A stretch of DNA of 64,000 nucleotides from Verrucomicrobiota bacterium (GCA_047947115.1 CP170459.1:160001-224000); one strand, 5' to 3'. Positions 10,285 through 21,829 are shown, numbered from the stretch's first letter. The notes: a model not told the origin generated them from the letters alone. Numbers and translations are program-made.

Positions 10285-11946
10285 TCAATGCTTTAATGCC
10301 TGAATACCTTCAATACCGATAGGCTTTCGACCCTTCGGCGCGCTGCGTCCACTTGATTTCAAGCGTTCCAGGAGAGATTTCAGTGCTTCACGTTTGGCTT
10401 CCTCCTTGAAGTAAAGATTGGTCGTTTCACCCGGATCCTTTTCCAAATCATACAACTGCCCCGGCGCATCTGGCGCGGTGTCGGGGAGGGCATATTGATC
10501 CAACGGAGAACGATCGTATCGGTTGCCGCCCGAACCTTGGTGATCGAGGTATTTCCATTTCCCCTGGCGAATTTGGAATTCACCACGAAAGCTCTGAGTG
10601 AGGAGATGCGGGCGGATCGCTTCATCCTCACCTTGAACCCCAAGCATCGCCGGCAACATGTCGAAACTATCGGTCGCGGCATCATCGGGCAGTTCATACC
10701 CAACCACCGACGCAAGTGTCGCAAAGATATCGGTCGTATTGGTCATTTGATCGGATACTTGCCCCTTGGGAATCCTTCCCGGCCAACGCACGATAAAGGG
10801 CACACGATGCCCTCCTTCCCATGCATCCCGCTTCATGCCGCGCCAGTTTCCGGACGGATCATGATCATGATCCTGACGCATCCAATTCACATGCATGGTT
10901 TCCGCTCCATTGTCAGCGTTGAACAGGATCAAGGTTTCTTCATCGATACCCAGATCATCTACCAAATTCAACACGCGTCCCACCAGAACATCCAATTCCC
11001 ATACGAAATCACCTCGTGGACCTGCCTGGGTTGCCCCGTTGAACTCAGGTGCCGGCAATACGGGAGCATGGGCAATCTGTGTGGAGAACACCGCGAAGAA
11101 AGGTTGCTCAGGGTGGTTTTGTCGGTGTTTGGTGATGAACTGCCGGGTCTTGTCGTAAAAGAGCAAATCCGCCTCCACAAACTCGTATCCGGGGGCCATC
11201 CACCCCTCGTCATTGTCCCAACGCCATTTGCCACCCGGATTGGGCAGATTGTCCCGCTTGTGCCGTTGAGCGGCTGGGACAGGAACCATGCCGTTTTCAA
11301 TGTAGATGTAGAGAGGATCGGTTGTTGGACAATTTGGTGTGACAAAGGATTCATCGAATCCGCGGGCATTGGGTCCATCGATCAAAGGCGTGCTTTTTTC
11401 GTAGTCAATGAGCAGCGAATTGTCGAAACCGCCGCCCAGCCGCTTGCCTTCCTTATCAAACCAGGTCAGACCGACATGCCACTTTCCAAAAACTCCCGTC
11501 CGGTATCCCTTCAACTTGAGCATCTCGCCCAAAGTCAGTGTGCCAGGTTTCAAATAACTCGGTCCGCCCGGACCTTCCCAGGCACCGCCACCGCGTCCCG
11601 TTGAACGATAGATCTGTTGCCCGGAATAAAGCCCGTACCTTGAAGGCGAACAAATCGTCGATGGACTGTGCGCGTCGGTGAAACGCACGCCTTCCGATGC
11701 CATGCGATCGAGGTTTGGCGTTTGATAAGCACATTGATCGTTGTAGCATGACAGGTCACCAAACCCCAGGTCGTCGGCGTAGATGATGATGATGTTGGGA
11801 AGGTTATTTTCTTTGCCCTCCACCTGAATGGAGAAAAGAACCATCCACAAACAAAGCCATGCGATGCGTGACCAAATCCAAGGCATCATTCGTAAAGAAC
11901 CATTACCTGGAGAGTCATTTGATGAGTATTGAACTTGTGTATTCAT
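10285..11946 (-). CDS. S1 sulfatase (arylsulfatase A-like), start uncertain
   Basis: PNIIIIYADDLG, CSPSR formylglycine motif, GKWHVG, WEGGHRVPFIVRWPG. Confidence 0.93.
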   Translation of the reverse strand: MNTQVQYSSNDSPGNGSLRMMPWIWSRIAWLCLWMVLFSIQVEGKENNLPNIIIIYADDLGFGDLSCYNDQCAYQTPNLDRMASEGVRFTDAHSPSTICSPSRYGLYSGQQIYRSTGRGGGAWEGPGGPSYLKPGTLTLGEMLKLKGYRTGVFGKWHVGLTWFDKEGKRLGGGFDNSLLIDYEKSTPLIDGPNARGFDESFVTPNCPTTDPLYIYIENGMVPVPAAQRHKRDNLPNPGGKWRWDNDEGWMAPGYEFVEADLLFYDKTRQFITKHRQNHPEQPFFAVFSTQIAHAPVLPAPEFNGATQAGPRGDFVWELDVLVGRVLNLVDDLGIDEETLILFNADNGAETMHVNWMRQDHDHDPSGNWRGMKRDAWEGGHRVPFIVRWPGRIPKGQVSDQMTNTTDIFATLASVVGYELPDDAATDSFDMLPAMLGVQGEDEAIRPHLLTQSFRGEFQIRQGKWKYLDHQGSGGNRYDRSPLDQYALPDTAPDAPGQLYDLEKDPGETTNLYFKEEAKREALKSLLERLKSSGRSAPKGRKPIGIEGIQALKH

Positions 11947-12001
11947 TTTAATGAGGTATTGGCTTCGGTAGTTTGAAATCACGCAACAAATGCTTTGGAT
12001 T

Positions 12002-14071
12002 TTATTGGGGCCCTGCAGGCAGGTGTTCGAGAAGATAACGAGTCATTAATGATCGCAAATGAACCGAGGTTCCCTTGCCTTCGCGGAGCCCATGGTTGCG
12101 ATTGGGGTAAGCCATGTAGTCAAATCGCTTGCCCAGTTCGATCAAGCGATCCACCAAACCTTCCGTAATCTGAAGATGGGTATTGGTTTCGCCGGTTCCG
12201 TGCACGATCAACAGATCACCCTGCAAACCCTCCGCAAAGTTGATGGGCGCCGAACGCTGATATCCCTCCGGATTCGTTTCACGGGTTTCCATGTAGATTT
12301 CCTGAAACCAGGCATTGTAAAGATGAGGTTGCGGCTTGGGCGCCACAGCGATGCCGACCTTGTATGCATCCGGTTTGCGAAACATCGCATTCAACGCGTT
12401 GGAACCTCCACCGCTCCACCCCCAAATCGCCACTCTGGAAGCATCCACATACGATCGTGTCCGGGCCAGCTCCTTCAATGCCGCAGCCTGCTCTTCGGTC
12501 GAAAGAGGCCCCAAACTGCCAAAGATGGATCGTCGCCAAGCGGCGCCTTTCGGCGCAGGAGTGCCCCGGTTGTCGATAGAGACGACCAGGTAACCGAGGT
12601 CGGCAATCATTCGATGATAATCCGCATGCACCTTGCCCCAGGCATCCAGAACGGTTTGTGCATGTGGTTCACCATACACATACACCAACACAGGATATTT
12701 CTTTGAGGCATCAAAATCCGAAGGCTTGATCATCCAGCCGTCCACTGTCACATGAGGGTCGATTTCCAGCAGGAAAAACTCGGTCGGCTCCACCACCATG
12801 GATTCCATTTTTGAACGCAGATCTCTGTTGTCTTCGAGCACTCGCACGACGCGATGATCGGACAATGCAACCAAATCGGTCAGGGGTGGTTGGTCAAACG
12901 TGGAATGAGTGTGAAAAGCCCATTGGTGATCAGGGGAAAAAACGTAATCGTGTGTTCCGGGTTGATCGGCGGGAGTCAATCGTTCAGGACTCGCGCTTCC
13001 ATCAAGAGGAACCCGGTAGAGGTATTGTTGTGCTGCATGTTCAGGTGAGGCATAAAAGTAAAACCACCCACCATTTTCATCCACTTCCGCACGTTGAATG
13101 ATGTCGAAATTTCCGGGTGTCAGCAGAGACAATTCCTCACCTTCACGGGAATACACATACGCATGACGCCACTCGTCCTTCTCGCTCAAAACAATGAAAG
13201 CCTGTCCATCACGAATCCATGTCAGCCCAGCGTTGATCCGGTAACTGGCGAGCACCCAGGCCGGATCAGATTCGTGAAAAATCCGCTTGATGCCACCCGT
13301 ATCCACATCACATAAGAGAAATTCACGCTCATTTCGAAACCTGCTCAATTTCTCGACCAGCAATTCCCGTGAATTTCCAGCCCAATCCACCTGTCCCAGA
13401 TAATAACCTTCTGCCGGTATGGGGATGGACATCCAACGCGTTTCCGTTCCCTTCGCACTCACCACTCCAACCTTCAGAGCAGGAATCGTCTCCCCAACCC
13501 GAGCAAACCGGGTTTCACTGACTTCCGGGTAAGATGGATCGCCAGGCACCAATGCCGATCTGAGCCGCACCTGAGAATAGTCCGATTGGATAAAAGCGAT
13601 CCATGCTCCATCCGGACTCCAAACCGCGCCACGATGAGACACCGGAGTATCAGGAAGTTGGGTTGTGAGAGGCACGCGCTCCCCGTCAGCCAGATTTCGC
13701 AGAAAGAGGTTCCCCTGCTCAGAAATCACCTCACACTTACCATCAGGCGATACGTGATCGCCATTGTCACGATCTTGAAGATCCGAAGCCTCGAGGATCG
13801 TGCGCTGGCCGCTGCTCACATCATAACGCGCCCTCACGGTTTCGCCCCCATCGCCATCCAGCTCTCTAACCGTATAACCCGAGCTGTCAGGAAGCCACTC
13901 CCCACCAAAACGTTTGGCTCGAAATTCGCCTCGTTCGTAAATGGCCTGCAAACGGGATTCCACTTCATCAAGAACCACGTCATGCGAAGCCCCGTGAGAT
14001 CGATCATACCCGGCACCAAAACTGATCAAGCTTGCCACCAACACATTCAAAGAAGAAAAATCGATTTTCAT
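12002..14071 (-). CDS. S9B dipeptidyl peptidase IV-like protein
   Basis: Beta-propeller plus KKYPVLVYVYGEP, DNRGT, GWSGGG, YPNRNHG; start set at MKIDFSS (signal peptide). Confidence 0.9.
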   Translation of the reverse strand: MKIDFSSLNVLVASLISFGAGYDRSHGASHDVVLDEVESRLQAIYERGEFRAKRFGGEWLPDSSGYTVRELDGDGGETVRARYDVSSGQRTILEASDLQDRDNGDHVSPDGKCEVISEQGNLFLRNLADGERVPLTTQLPDTPVSHRGAVWSPDGAWIAFIQSDYSQVRLRSALVPGDPSYPEVSETRFARVGETIPALKVGVVSAKGTETRWMSIPIPAEGYYLGQVDWAGNSRELLVEKLSRFRNEREFLLCDVDTGGIKRIFHESDPAWVLASYRINAGLTWIRDGQAFIVLSEKDEWRHAYVYSREGEELSLLTPGNFDIIQRAEVDENGGWFYFYASPEHAAQQYLYRVPLDGSASPERLTPADQPGTHDYVFSPDHQWAFHTHSTFDQPPLTDLVALSDHRVVRVLEDNRDLRSKMESMVVEPTEFFLLEIDPHVTVDGWMIKPSDFDASKKYPVLVYVYGEPHAQTVLDAWGKVHADYHRMIADLGYLVVSIDNRGTPAPKGAAWRRSIFGSLGPLSTEEQAAALKELARTRSYVDASRVAIWGWSGGGSNALNAMFRKPDAYKVGIAVAPKPQPHLYNAWFQEIYMETRETNPEGYQRSAPINFAEGLQGDLLIVHGTGETNTHLQITEGLVDRLIELGKRFDYMAYPNRNHGLREGKGTSVHLRSLMTRYLLEHLPAGPQ

Positions 14072-14242
14072 TTGGATGGCCACGAACCTAAAGGTTTCCA
14101 ACCACCTGATCGAGGCATAAATATCTTTACTTATTGCGCATATGGTAAAGATTGGTTCGCGAGCTGTTTTTAATATTCGGAAAGCCTTATGAATATCAAA
14201 CATACCCCACTCACAGCCAAAAGAACTGTATCGTCACAGAAA

Positions 14243-17217
14243 ATGTCACTCTGCAAAGCTGTGACGATCCTCATCGCCACCTTCTTGGTGGCCTGGAATA
14301 CACAGGCACAATCGCCTGATGTCGTGAATACCGCACTGGATACCAGCAGCCTGGAATTTGAAGCCGACGGAAACTGAGTATCCCAAAGCGCCGTGACCGC
14401 AGATGGAATCGACACCCTCGCCAGCACATCCATCGGAAATACCGAGTCGGCTGAAGTCTATCTTGCCGTGGAAGGACCTGTCTCAGGTAGTTTCTGGTGG
14501 AAAGTTTCCAGCGAAGAAGGTTTTGATTTCCTGTATCTTCTTGTGGATGGTGAACTGACGGCCGAGATCTCAGGGGAAGTCGACTGGCAAAAGGTGGATG
14601 TCGAACTGACAGCAGGGGTTCATGAACTGAGCTGGATATACGAGAAAGATGATGAAGGATCCGGCGGACAGGACAAAGCCTGGCTGGACGGTTTTCAATT
14701 TGGTGGCGAAGAGCCAACCCCCAACGAGCCTCTTCTCATTGCCAAGCAACCATCTGACCTGACCGTTCAAGCAGGTGGCAGTGCGACTTTTACCGTGGTC
14801 GCAACAGGCGGAACCGGAGCCATCCAATATCAGTGGTTCAAGGATGAGGAAGCCATCGCAGGAGCCACGGGCGCCACTTACACCATCGTTTCCGCAACCA
14901 ACAGGACGAAGGAAATTACGCAGCGGTGGCCTCGTTGAGTGAAGATGAATTTGTAGTGAGCAATCCGGCATCATTGTCCGTCACAGAAGACGGAGGAACG
15001 ACCGATCCAGGAACCAATGGAAACACGTGGACCATTCTGATCTACGGACATGGTGACCACAACCTTTCCTACAGCCTCGTTCGCGACATGTTGGAAATGG
15101 AACAGTGCGGCAGCGGCGAAGGATTCAACATTGTGCTCCAAGCCGATTTCAACGCATCCGACCGGGAATTTGCGACCTTTGCCGTGGAGTCCGGAATTCC
15201 TCAAACAGTGCATTCAGGCATCACACGATACCTTGTTGGATCTGACACAGACAGCAATCCAAACACCTTCAATTCCCAACCAGTTGGACGACTGCCGGAA
15301 TCCTTGAACATGGATCAGGACAGCACGCTGAAAGACTTTCTGAACTGGGGATTCAAGACCTATCCGGCCGATCGCTACGGAGTCATTTTCTGGAACCACG
15401 GCGGCCAATGGCAGGGATTCGGCGGTGATACCCAGGATGGAACAACACACACCGACGGACTATCCACGGCAGTGATCAAAAAGGCGCTCAATGATACCAT
15501 GTCACAAAACACGGTATCGAAACTGGATTTCATTGCATTCGACACTTGTCTCATGGGAGGAGCCGAAGTTTTGGTGGATTTTGTGGGATATTGTGATCTG
15601 TTTATTGCCAACGCTGAACTGGATTACGGTGACGGCTTGGAATACGGTGGCGAACTGAGACTCCTGAAAGAGGACCCGTCCATGGATATCATGGAATATG
15701 GTCGCAAGGAAGTTCCGGTTTGGGATGCCCACCACCAAACCCAGGTTGATCAAGCACTCAAAGTGCATGCCACGTTTGATTTGAACAAATTCAACGCCTT
15801 TTCGCAAAACCTCAACCAGCTTACCAAAGGCATGCGAACAGCACTGAGCAGCGGAAACAATGCTCCGCTGAGCCTCCAACGTCAAACGGTTCACTACAAC
15901 ATCGGTAGCCTTGAGGAAATCAACAAACCCACCGACTACATCGATCTCGGTGAATTTGCCGATCGCATTGCGAACCACTCTTCCTTCAATGCCGGCATCA
16001 AAACCAGCGCCCAGGCAGTAAGTCGCTCGATCGATGACATGGTTTTGGGCATGTCAGCAGGGACAAAAAGAACAGGCAGGGTGCATGGTTTATCCATTTA
16101 CTTTCCAACCAAAGGCGTCACTGAAGACAACACCTATCTGGACCTTGCATTCAATGCATTACCAGATGCCGCATGGCAAGGTTTCATGGGAGATGTAGCC
16201 AGGGCCTACGGAGCGGATACGGGAGGGCCAGGTGTCACTACTGGCGACAGCGGATCTGCTCGTCGCAGGGGGTCTAACCGAGGCGCGGGGGACGTGGTTT
16301 TCGTCGGATCTTTGGATGATCCGGCATCCCTTGTTTTCAACTTGAAGGATGGCAACGACGCATACGGATTTTATGCGGCATTGGTCAGCAATTTGGAAAC
16401 CGAAGATCCCAACGAACATGTTTACCTGGGAGAAATTGCGACAGGTTTGGCGGATGGTCCTGGAGAATATGAACTCTATTGGGACACGACAGCCGTGACC
16501 ATTTCGAGTTCGCCCGATGATGGTCAACCCTACTTGGGCGGTTGGTATCAGGAATCAGGATCCAACATCATGATCAGCTACGCCGACTACGTTGCCCCGG
16601 GAGAAACCGAACCCGTTGAAGTGATTCTGATCACCGAACTCGGAGAAGAATCAGGACAGATCATTCAGGTGCTGAACTCGGCACAAGATACTCTTTCCGC
16701 AGTTGCGGATGTCCAACTGGCGCCAGGCGGAAAACTGATTCCCGTCTACTTCACCGAGAATCGAGTGGGAGATCCGGAAACCTGGGATGTCTATGATGTC
16801 TTTTTCGAAGACAATTTTGTCCTGATCCCGGAAGATGGTTTGGCTGGAATCAAAGTGGAATACCTGCCGGTCTTTCTCGGAGATTATACCGTGGAAATTG
16901 CCGTGACGGACATCTTCGACAACCAAAGCGATATCCTGACCTTCCCCGTCCTGGTGTTGGATGACATCACCAAACTTCCGAAAACCCCCGCTCTGGCGGT
17001 CACTCAAAGCATTCCGGGGGAGCTCAAAATCAGCTGGCCTCAGGTGGATGGCGGGCTGTTCACGTTGGAGGCCACGTCTGACCTTGGAGGAGAATGGACC
17101 CCGGTCGACAATGCCAGCATAGGATTTGACGAAACCAACGGATTGGAATTTTTCACCGCATCGACAACGGAGCAGCAACAATTCTACCGTTTAAGCCGTA
17201 AGGTGGCTGAGCAGTAA
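14243..17217 (+). pseudogene. secreted clostripain-like (C11) cysteine peptidase with Ig-like domains, disrupted
   Basis: Signal peptide; in-frame TGA at 14375-14377 at an expected Trp (GN*VSQSAVTADG); frameshift near 14898 restoring DEGNY; catalytic WNHGG and FDTCLMG lie in 14926..17217. Confidence 0.8.
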
Positions 17218-17258
17218 AGTATGAAAGCCTTCCTTTGATTGTTTTCAATCATCCCATG

Positions 17259-17291
17259 AAAGCAGCCCCGGAATCATTCGGGGCTGCTTTT
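17259..17291 (+). terminator. intrinsic terminator
   Basis: AAAGCAGCCCCG-gaatcatt-CGGGGCTGCTTTT. Confidence 0.85.
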
Positions 17292-17415
17292 GCTTAATTC
17301 TTGATTTACCCTCCAAATTCAAGGCGCAAGGAAAACTTCTCGTCCCAAATCCGCGCCAATCCACTCACAGGAACGAAGGTTGCACCCACTCTTACACAGA
17401 ACTAGAATATCTGGT

Positions 17416-18618
17416 ATGAAATACATGTTCTTCAACCTGCTGACGGCATGCTCATTCCTTACGCCATCTCAACCGATCATCTCCGATGAGCCGGTCACTT
17501 CCTTTACCCAAGGTCATTACAGCCAGTGGCCCAACGGACCATCGACCAGTGAAAGCTTTTTCCCCTTGGCCGTTTGGCTTCAAAACCCATCTCGCGCCGA
17601 GCAATTTCGTCAGGCGGGATTCAACGTTTATATCGGTCTCTGGAAGGGGCCCACGGAGAATCAATTGAGCCAATTGAAAGCTGCGGGAATGAAGGTGATC
17701 TGTGACCAAAATGAAGTGGCACTTCGAAATCTGGAAGACCCTACGATCATCGGCTGGATGCATGGTGACGAACCGGACAATGCTCAGGCTTTGAAGGAAG
17801 GTGATGGATATGGTCCCCCCATCCTGCCTTCAAAAATTGTGGAGGACTATCAGGCGATCAAAAAAGCCGATCCATCCAGACCCGTCCTCTTAAACTTGGG
17901 ACAGGGCGTGGCGTGGGACAATTACATTGGTCGGGGAGTGAGAAGGAACCATCCCGAAGATTACCCCGAATATGTTAAAGGCTGCGATATTGCTTCCTTT
18001 GACATTTACCCAGCCGTGCACAGGGACCCGGAAATCGCTGGAAACCTCTGGTATGTAGGGCGAGGTGTGGAAAGGCTCATTGAATGGAGCAAACCCCGCA
18101 CCGTGTGGAATTGCCTGGAATGCACCCACATCAGCAATGTCGATCGAAAACCCACTCCCCACGAAGTTCGCTGCGAAGCATGGATGTCCATTATCCATGG
18201 TTCACGAGGATTGATCTATTTTATTCATCAATTCAAACCCGTGTTTCGCGAAGCGGCGCTTTTGGACGATCCCGAAATGCTTCGAGCTGTCACCAACCTC
18301 AACCATCAAATCACCGATTTGGCTCCAGTCATCAACAGTCCGACCATAGCGGATGCAGTTCATGTCGTCACCGAACCTGACGATGCACCCATTGCTACAA
18401 TGCTAAAAAAACATGGTGAAACAACGTATCTATTTGCCGTAGGAATGCGAAACCAGAAGACAGAAGCCACATTCCAAATCTATGATATGACAGGACAAAT
18501 AAAAGTGAATGTGATCGGAGAAGATCGAAGCCTGACTGCCAATAACGGAAGTTTTCAAGATGTTTTCGAACCTTGGGACGTGCATCTCTATAGGCTGAAA
18601 AACCTCGGGTTGAAATAA
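17416..18618 (+). CDS. secreted putative glycoside hydrolase-like TIM-barrel protein
   Basis: Signal-like N-terminus, IIGWMHGDEPD, ASFDIYP, IIHGSRGLIYF, C-terminal beta-sandwich ending VHLYRL. Confidence 0.6.
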   Translation: MKYMFFNLLTACSFLTPSQPIISDEPVTSFTQGHYSQWPNGPSTSESFFPLAVWLQNPSRAEQFRQAGFNVYIGLWKGPTENQLSQLKAAGMKVICDQNEVALRNLEDPTIIGWMHGDEPDNAQALKEGDGYGPPILPSKIVEDYQAIKKADPSRPVLLNLGQGVAWDNYIGRGVRRNHPEDYPEYVKGCDIASFDIYPAVHRDPEIAGNLWYVGRGVERLIEWSKPRTVWNCLECTHISNVDRKPTPHEVRCEAWMSIIHGSRGLIYFIHQFKPVFREAALLDDPEMLRAVTNLNHQITDLAPVINSPTIADAVHVVTEPDDAPIATMLKKHGETTYLFAVGMRNQKTEATFQIYDMTGQIKVNVIGEDRSLTANNGSFQDVFEPWDVHLYRLKNLGLK

Positions 18619-18756
18619 GCCTGAAGACGCCAAGTCAGATTCAATAGAACGCGCAACTACCTGTTAAAAAACAGGAAAAACGGATCCTCTTCCGAATACC
18701 ACTTCATACCATTGAATGCTCACTCTTCCCGATAAATTCTTCGGCAACCATATAAC

Positions 18757-19137
18757 TCAATCACCGTTCAATTCAACCACTCGGAAAAACTGATAAGAAT
18801 TTTCAGGATTTATCAAATCATTGATGACATTCTGCCCGTCAATCAATTCATGTGAAAGCCCCATGGGCACCCAAGTCCGAAGGTCGGTGCTCGTTTTCAA
18901 ATTAAACTTCGATCCGATCCCTAGTTCACCAAGAACATTGAACTCTAGGGCTCCATTGACAACATGTGTGTCCCGCAGATAAAAACCCGGCTGAAACGAA
19001 AAGGCAAAAAGGCTCCTAGCTCCGGAATAATTATCTGCGACGGGCGATGCGTGTTCCGAAAAGTTCGCTCCGCGATAAACAGTCACCGCCGATCTGGCTT
19101 CGCTTCCGAATCCATGTTGCAGCATCTCAAACGTCAC
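18757..19137 (-). pseudogene. C-terminal fragment of a surface protein
   Basis: Only the tail (LKTSTDLRTW...FFRVVE) is present; no signal peptide or N-terminus. Confidence 0.5.
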
Positions 19138-19240
19138 TTTATTTTAACCGCAGATTTGCCGGATTATCGCAAATAGGGAGAAGAGTAGTGGGCTGAATGA
19201 TTGGAATCCAGCACACCCTGCCAATCCTGTCTAAAAGAAA

Positions 19241-20005
19241 TCAATCCCCCACATGATACAAAATCAAACAATCCGGCAATGTCGCATGCAGGTTTTCAAA
19301 TCCATTTGCAGTCACTTTCGTATTGTAGATCATCAATTGCCGGAGTTGCTTCAGTTCACCCAATGACTTTAACCCTTCATCGGAAACCTCAGTATCGTGC
19401 AGCCAGAGTTTTGTCAGACCGGTCAAGGCACTCAAATGTCGCAATCCATCATCTGTCACCTGCGTTTCCCCCAAGTGTAGTTCTTTGAGATGGGGAAACG
19501 ATATCAACTTCTTGAGGCCTTGATCCGTGACTGCTGTTTTGCGCAAGCCGAGGTATTCCAGCTGCTGGAGGGGTTTCAATAACCCAAGTCCTTTGTCCGT
19601 TATTTTGGTATCACCGATCGGCAGGCCTTTCAAACGATTCAACCTGGCAATGTGTTCCAAACCAATGTCCGTGACTTGAGTCTTGTATAGATTGAGCCAC
19701 TCCAGATTGGACAACTCAGACAACATTTCCAGTTCCTTGTCGCCTACCGGAGTTTGTTCCAGAGAAAGATCGGTGATGGCTTTTTCTTTACTGATCCTTT
19801 CAAACAATCGTTTATCCAGCCGCGTATGGCCATTTAAATGGACCTCGACAATCCGTCCCGATTCCTCATGCACAAACACCTGCCCACCCTTGCGTTTGAT
19901 GTCCAATACCAACGCATCATCCGCCGTCATATCGAGAGACATCAGACAAGTGAACAGCAAAGCAGTCACAGCAAAAAGGATCTGGAAACGATATGGGCCT
20001 CTCAT
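19241..20005 (-). CDS. secreted leucine-rich repeat protein
   Basis: About seven 24-aa repeats LxxLxLxxTxVTDxGLxxL after a signal peptide. Confidence 0.9.
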   Translation of the reverse strand: MRGPYRFQILFAVTALLFTCLMSLDMTADDALVLDIKRKGGQVFVHEESGRIVEVHLNGHTRLDKRLFERISKEKAITDLSLEQTPVGDKELEMLSELSNLEWLNLYKTQVTDIGLEHIARLNRLKGLPIGDTKITDKGLGLLKPLQQLEYLGLRKTAVTDQGLKKLISFPHLKELHLGETQVTDDGLRHLSALTGLTKLWLHDTEVSDEGLKSLGELKQLRQLMIYNTKVTANGFENLHATLPDCLILYHVGD

Positions 20006-20241
20006 TTGCCAAGTTTAATCCCAAGGTGCTGGAGATTCGACATTTTTCAGACAGGATTATCAGGATCTACTGGATTTTTGGAGTGGGGAGACAACAGTTT
20101 CACATTCTATCACATCCTGTTAGTCTGACACATACCGCGACCCAATGGCTTCTCAATTTGCATTCCCTCCATCTCCTGGCACTTTTCAGATCAAGTTTGG
20201 TGATTGCTCTTTATAAATGCCATGTCCTAGCATCGGGATAA

Positions 20242-21477
20242 ATGCAAAAGATCACAAATCAAGTAATCAATCTCGTCTGCACTTTGTTCATCATGTCATC
20301 CATCCCATTTTCATCAGCCCGGGCGGAATCCTTTAAAGTCATCCTCGATGCAACCGAAAACGGCTCGTTCACCGTCAAACCGGCTTTACCCGCCAACGGT
20401 CAAGTCCCCGCGGGAACGGTCATCGAAGTGACCACCAAGCCTGACAAGGGCTACGTCTTGGATTCCGGATATTACTCCGTGCCCGGACGCTGGGGCGCCA
20501 TGTATCACGAATCCATGACCGATGTGTTCAAAGTCCTCATCGACCAGGAAAAGCACATCGGAGCCTCCTTCATCAAAGCGGAAGAAGTCGCCCATGTGGA
20601 TGTGCGGCACAACATCGTTTACGCACAACCCGGCGTGAAGCCATTGAAATACGATGTCTTCTCACCCAAAGGAGCCAAGGAACTGCCCATTATCGTCATC
20701 ATCCACGGTGGAGGTTGGACCACCAACGACGAGGACGTCATGCGCGGACTGGCACGGGAGTTGACACGCGGAGGCAAATTTGTCGCGGTCAGCATTGATT
20801 ACCGTTGGGGCGGCAAAGCAGATGGCGACAAAACCAACAACACCATGGCCAACCTCATCGAAGACGTTTACGGTGCCGTCGCACACATCATGGAACATGC
20901 CAAAGAATACGGAGGCGATCCTAACCGTATCGGCTTGACCGGAGACAGCGCCGGGGGACATCTATCCGCAGCGGGTTCGGTCATGGTCGAGATGATTGGT
21001 GACGGCGGATTCGGACAAAAACCCGGTGCTTTCGAATTCAACCCCACCTACCTACCCAGGAACAAAACCGTCGCCCAAGTCAAAGCAGACATGCTCACCG
21101 CCATCAAAGCAGCGGCGCCCAGTTACGGAGTTTTCGATGGACCTTTTCTCAATCATTACTCCGACGACCCCAAAGCGGATGACACATGGAAAGCGGCCAT
21201 CTCTCCCATGAACCACATTCCAAATGCTTCCGATCGTTCCGTCCCACAATACCTGACACGAGGAACCAAGGACGGGTTGATCCAGGATGAAATGGTCAGC
21301 CGTTATATGAATGCACTGGTAGAAGCAGGTCAACGGGTCCAATACGTCCAAGTGGGAGGAGCTGGTCACGCCTTCTTCGACTGGAAACCCAACGCCCGCA
21401 CCAAAGCCACCTTTTACCAATACGGCGTCTACTGCGCCGCCGAAATGAAGGCGTTTTTTGAATCAGTAATGTATTAG
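20242..21477 (+). CDS. secreted alpha/beta hydrolase (HSL/BD-FAE-like esterase) with N-terminal beta-repeat domain
   Basis: IHGGGW, GDSAGGHL, GTKD, AGHAF. Confidence 0.88.
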   Translation: MQKITNQVINLVCTLFIMSSIPFSSARAESFKVILDATENGSFTVKPALPANGQVPAGTVIEVTTKPDKGYVLDSGYYSVPGRWGAMYHESMTDVFKVLIDQEKHIGASFIKAEEVAHVDVRHNIVYAQPGVKPLKYDVFSPKGAKELPIIVIIHGGGWTTNDEDVMRGLARELTRGGKFVAVSIDYRWGGKADGDKTNNTMANLIEDVYGAVAHIMEHAKEYGGDPNRIGLTGDSAGGHLSAAGSVMVEMIGDGGFGQKPGAFEFNPTYLPRNKTVAQVKADMLTAIKAAAPSYGVFDGPFLNHYSDDPKADDTWKAAISPMNHIPNASDRSVPQYLTRGTKDGLIQDEMVSRYMNALVEAGQRVQYVQVGGAGHAFFDWKPNARTKATFYQYGVYCAAEMKAFFESVMY

Positions 21478-21598
21478 GATTCCAGACCAAAAGGATACAC
21501 TCCCCCAATGAGACATCTTGTAAATCTCGAAGATCCCGACTTGCGGTGGCTGTTCATCTTGTCTAAAAGCAACTCAACGTAATCAATCAACATCAATC

Positions 21599-21745
21599 AT
21601 GGAACCCGACAAGCCGCTCACACCCGATCGCATCATGGGAATGTCCTCCGCCTTTGAAGTCAGCGGCGTATTGAAAGGAGCGATTGAATTAGCCCGGATA
21701 TTTCATAAGCGAGTTGGCATTTTTGAAAAAGCACCCTTTTTGTAG
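21599..21745 (+). pseudogene. N-terminal remnant of an O-methyltransferase (dimerisation domain)
   Basis: MEPDKPLTPDRIMGMSSAFEVSGVLKGAIEL, then loss of similarity and TAG. Confidence 0.5.
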
Positions 21746-21829
21746 GGTGAGAACTTGCGAATCGTCATCCAACCGAACGCGACCATCCTCAACCGGGAGG
21801 CAACAAAATAAACCCAAGAATCAGCGTCC

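Noticed and set aside
14375..14377. TGA recoding (Trp or Sec)
   Set aside because: TGA terminates well-defined genes here (sufD, kinase copy 1, IS630 transposase), Trp is TGG elsewhere, the position is not Cys-like and the gene has a second lesion.
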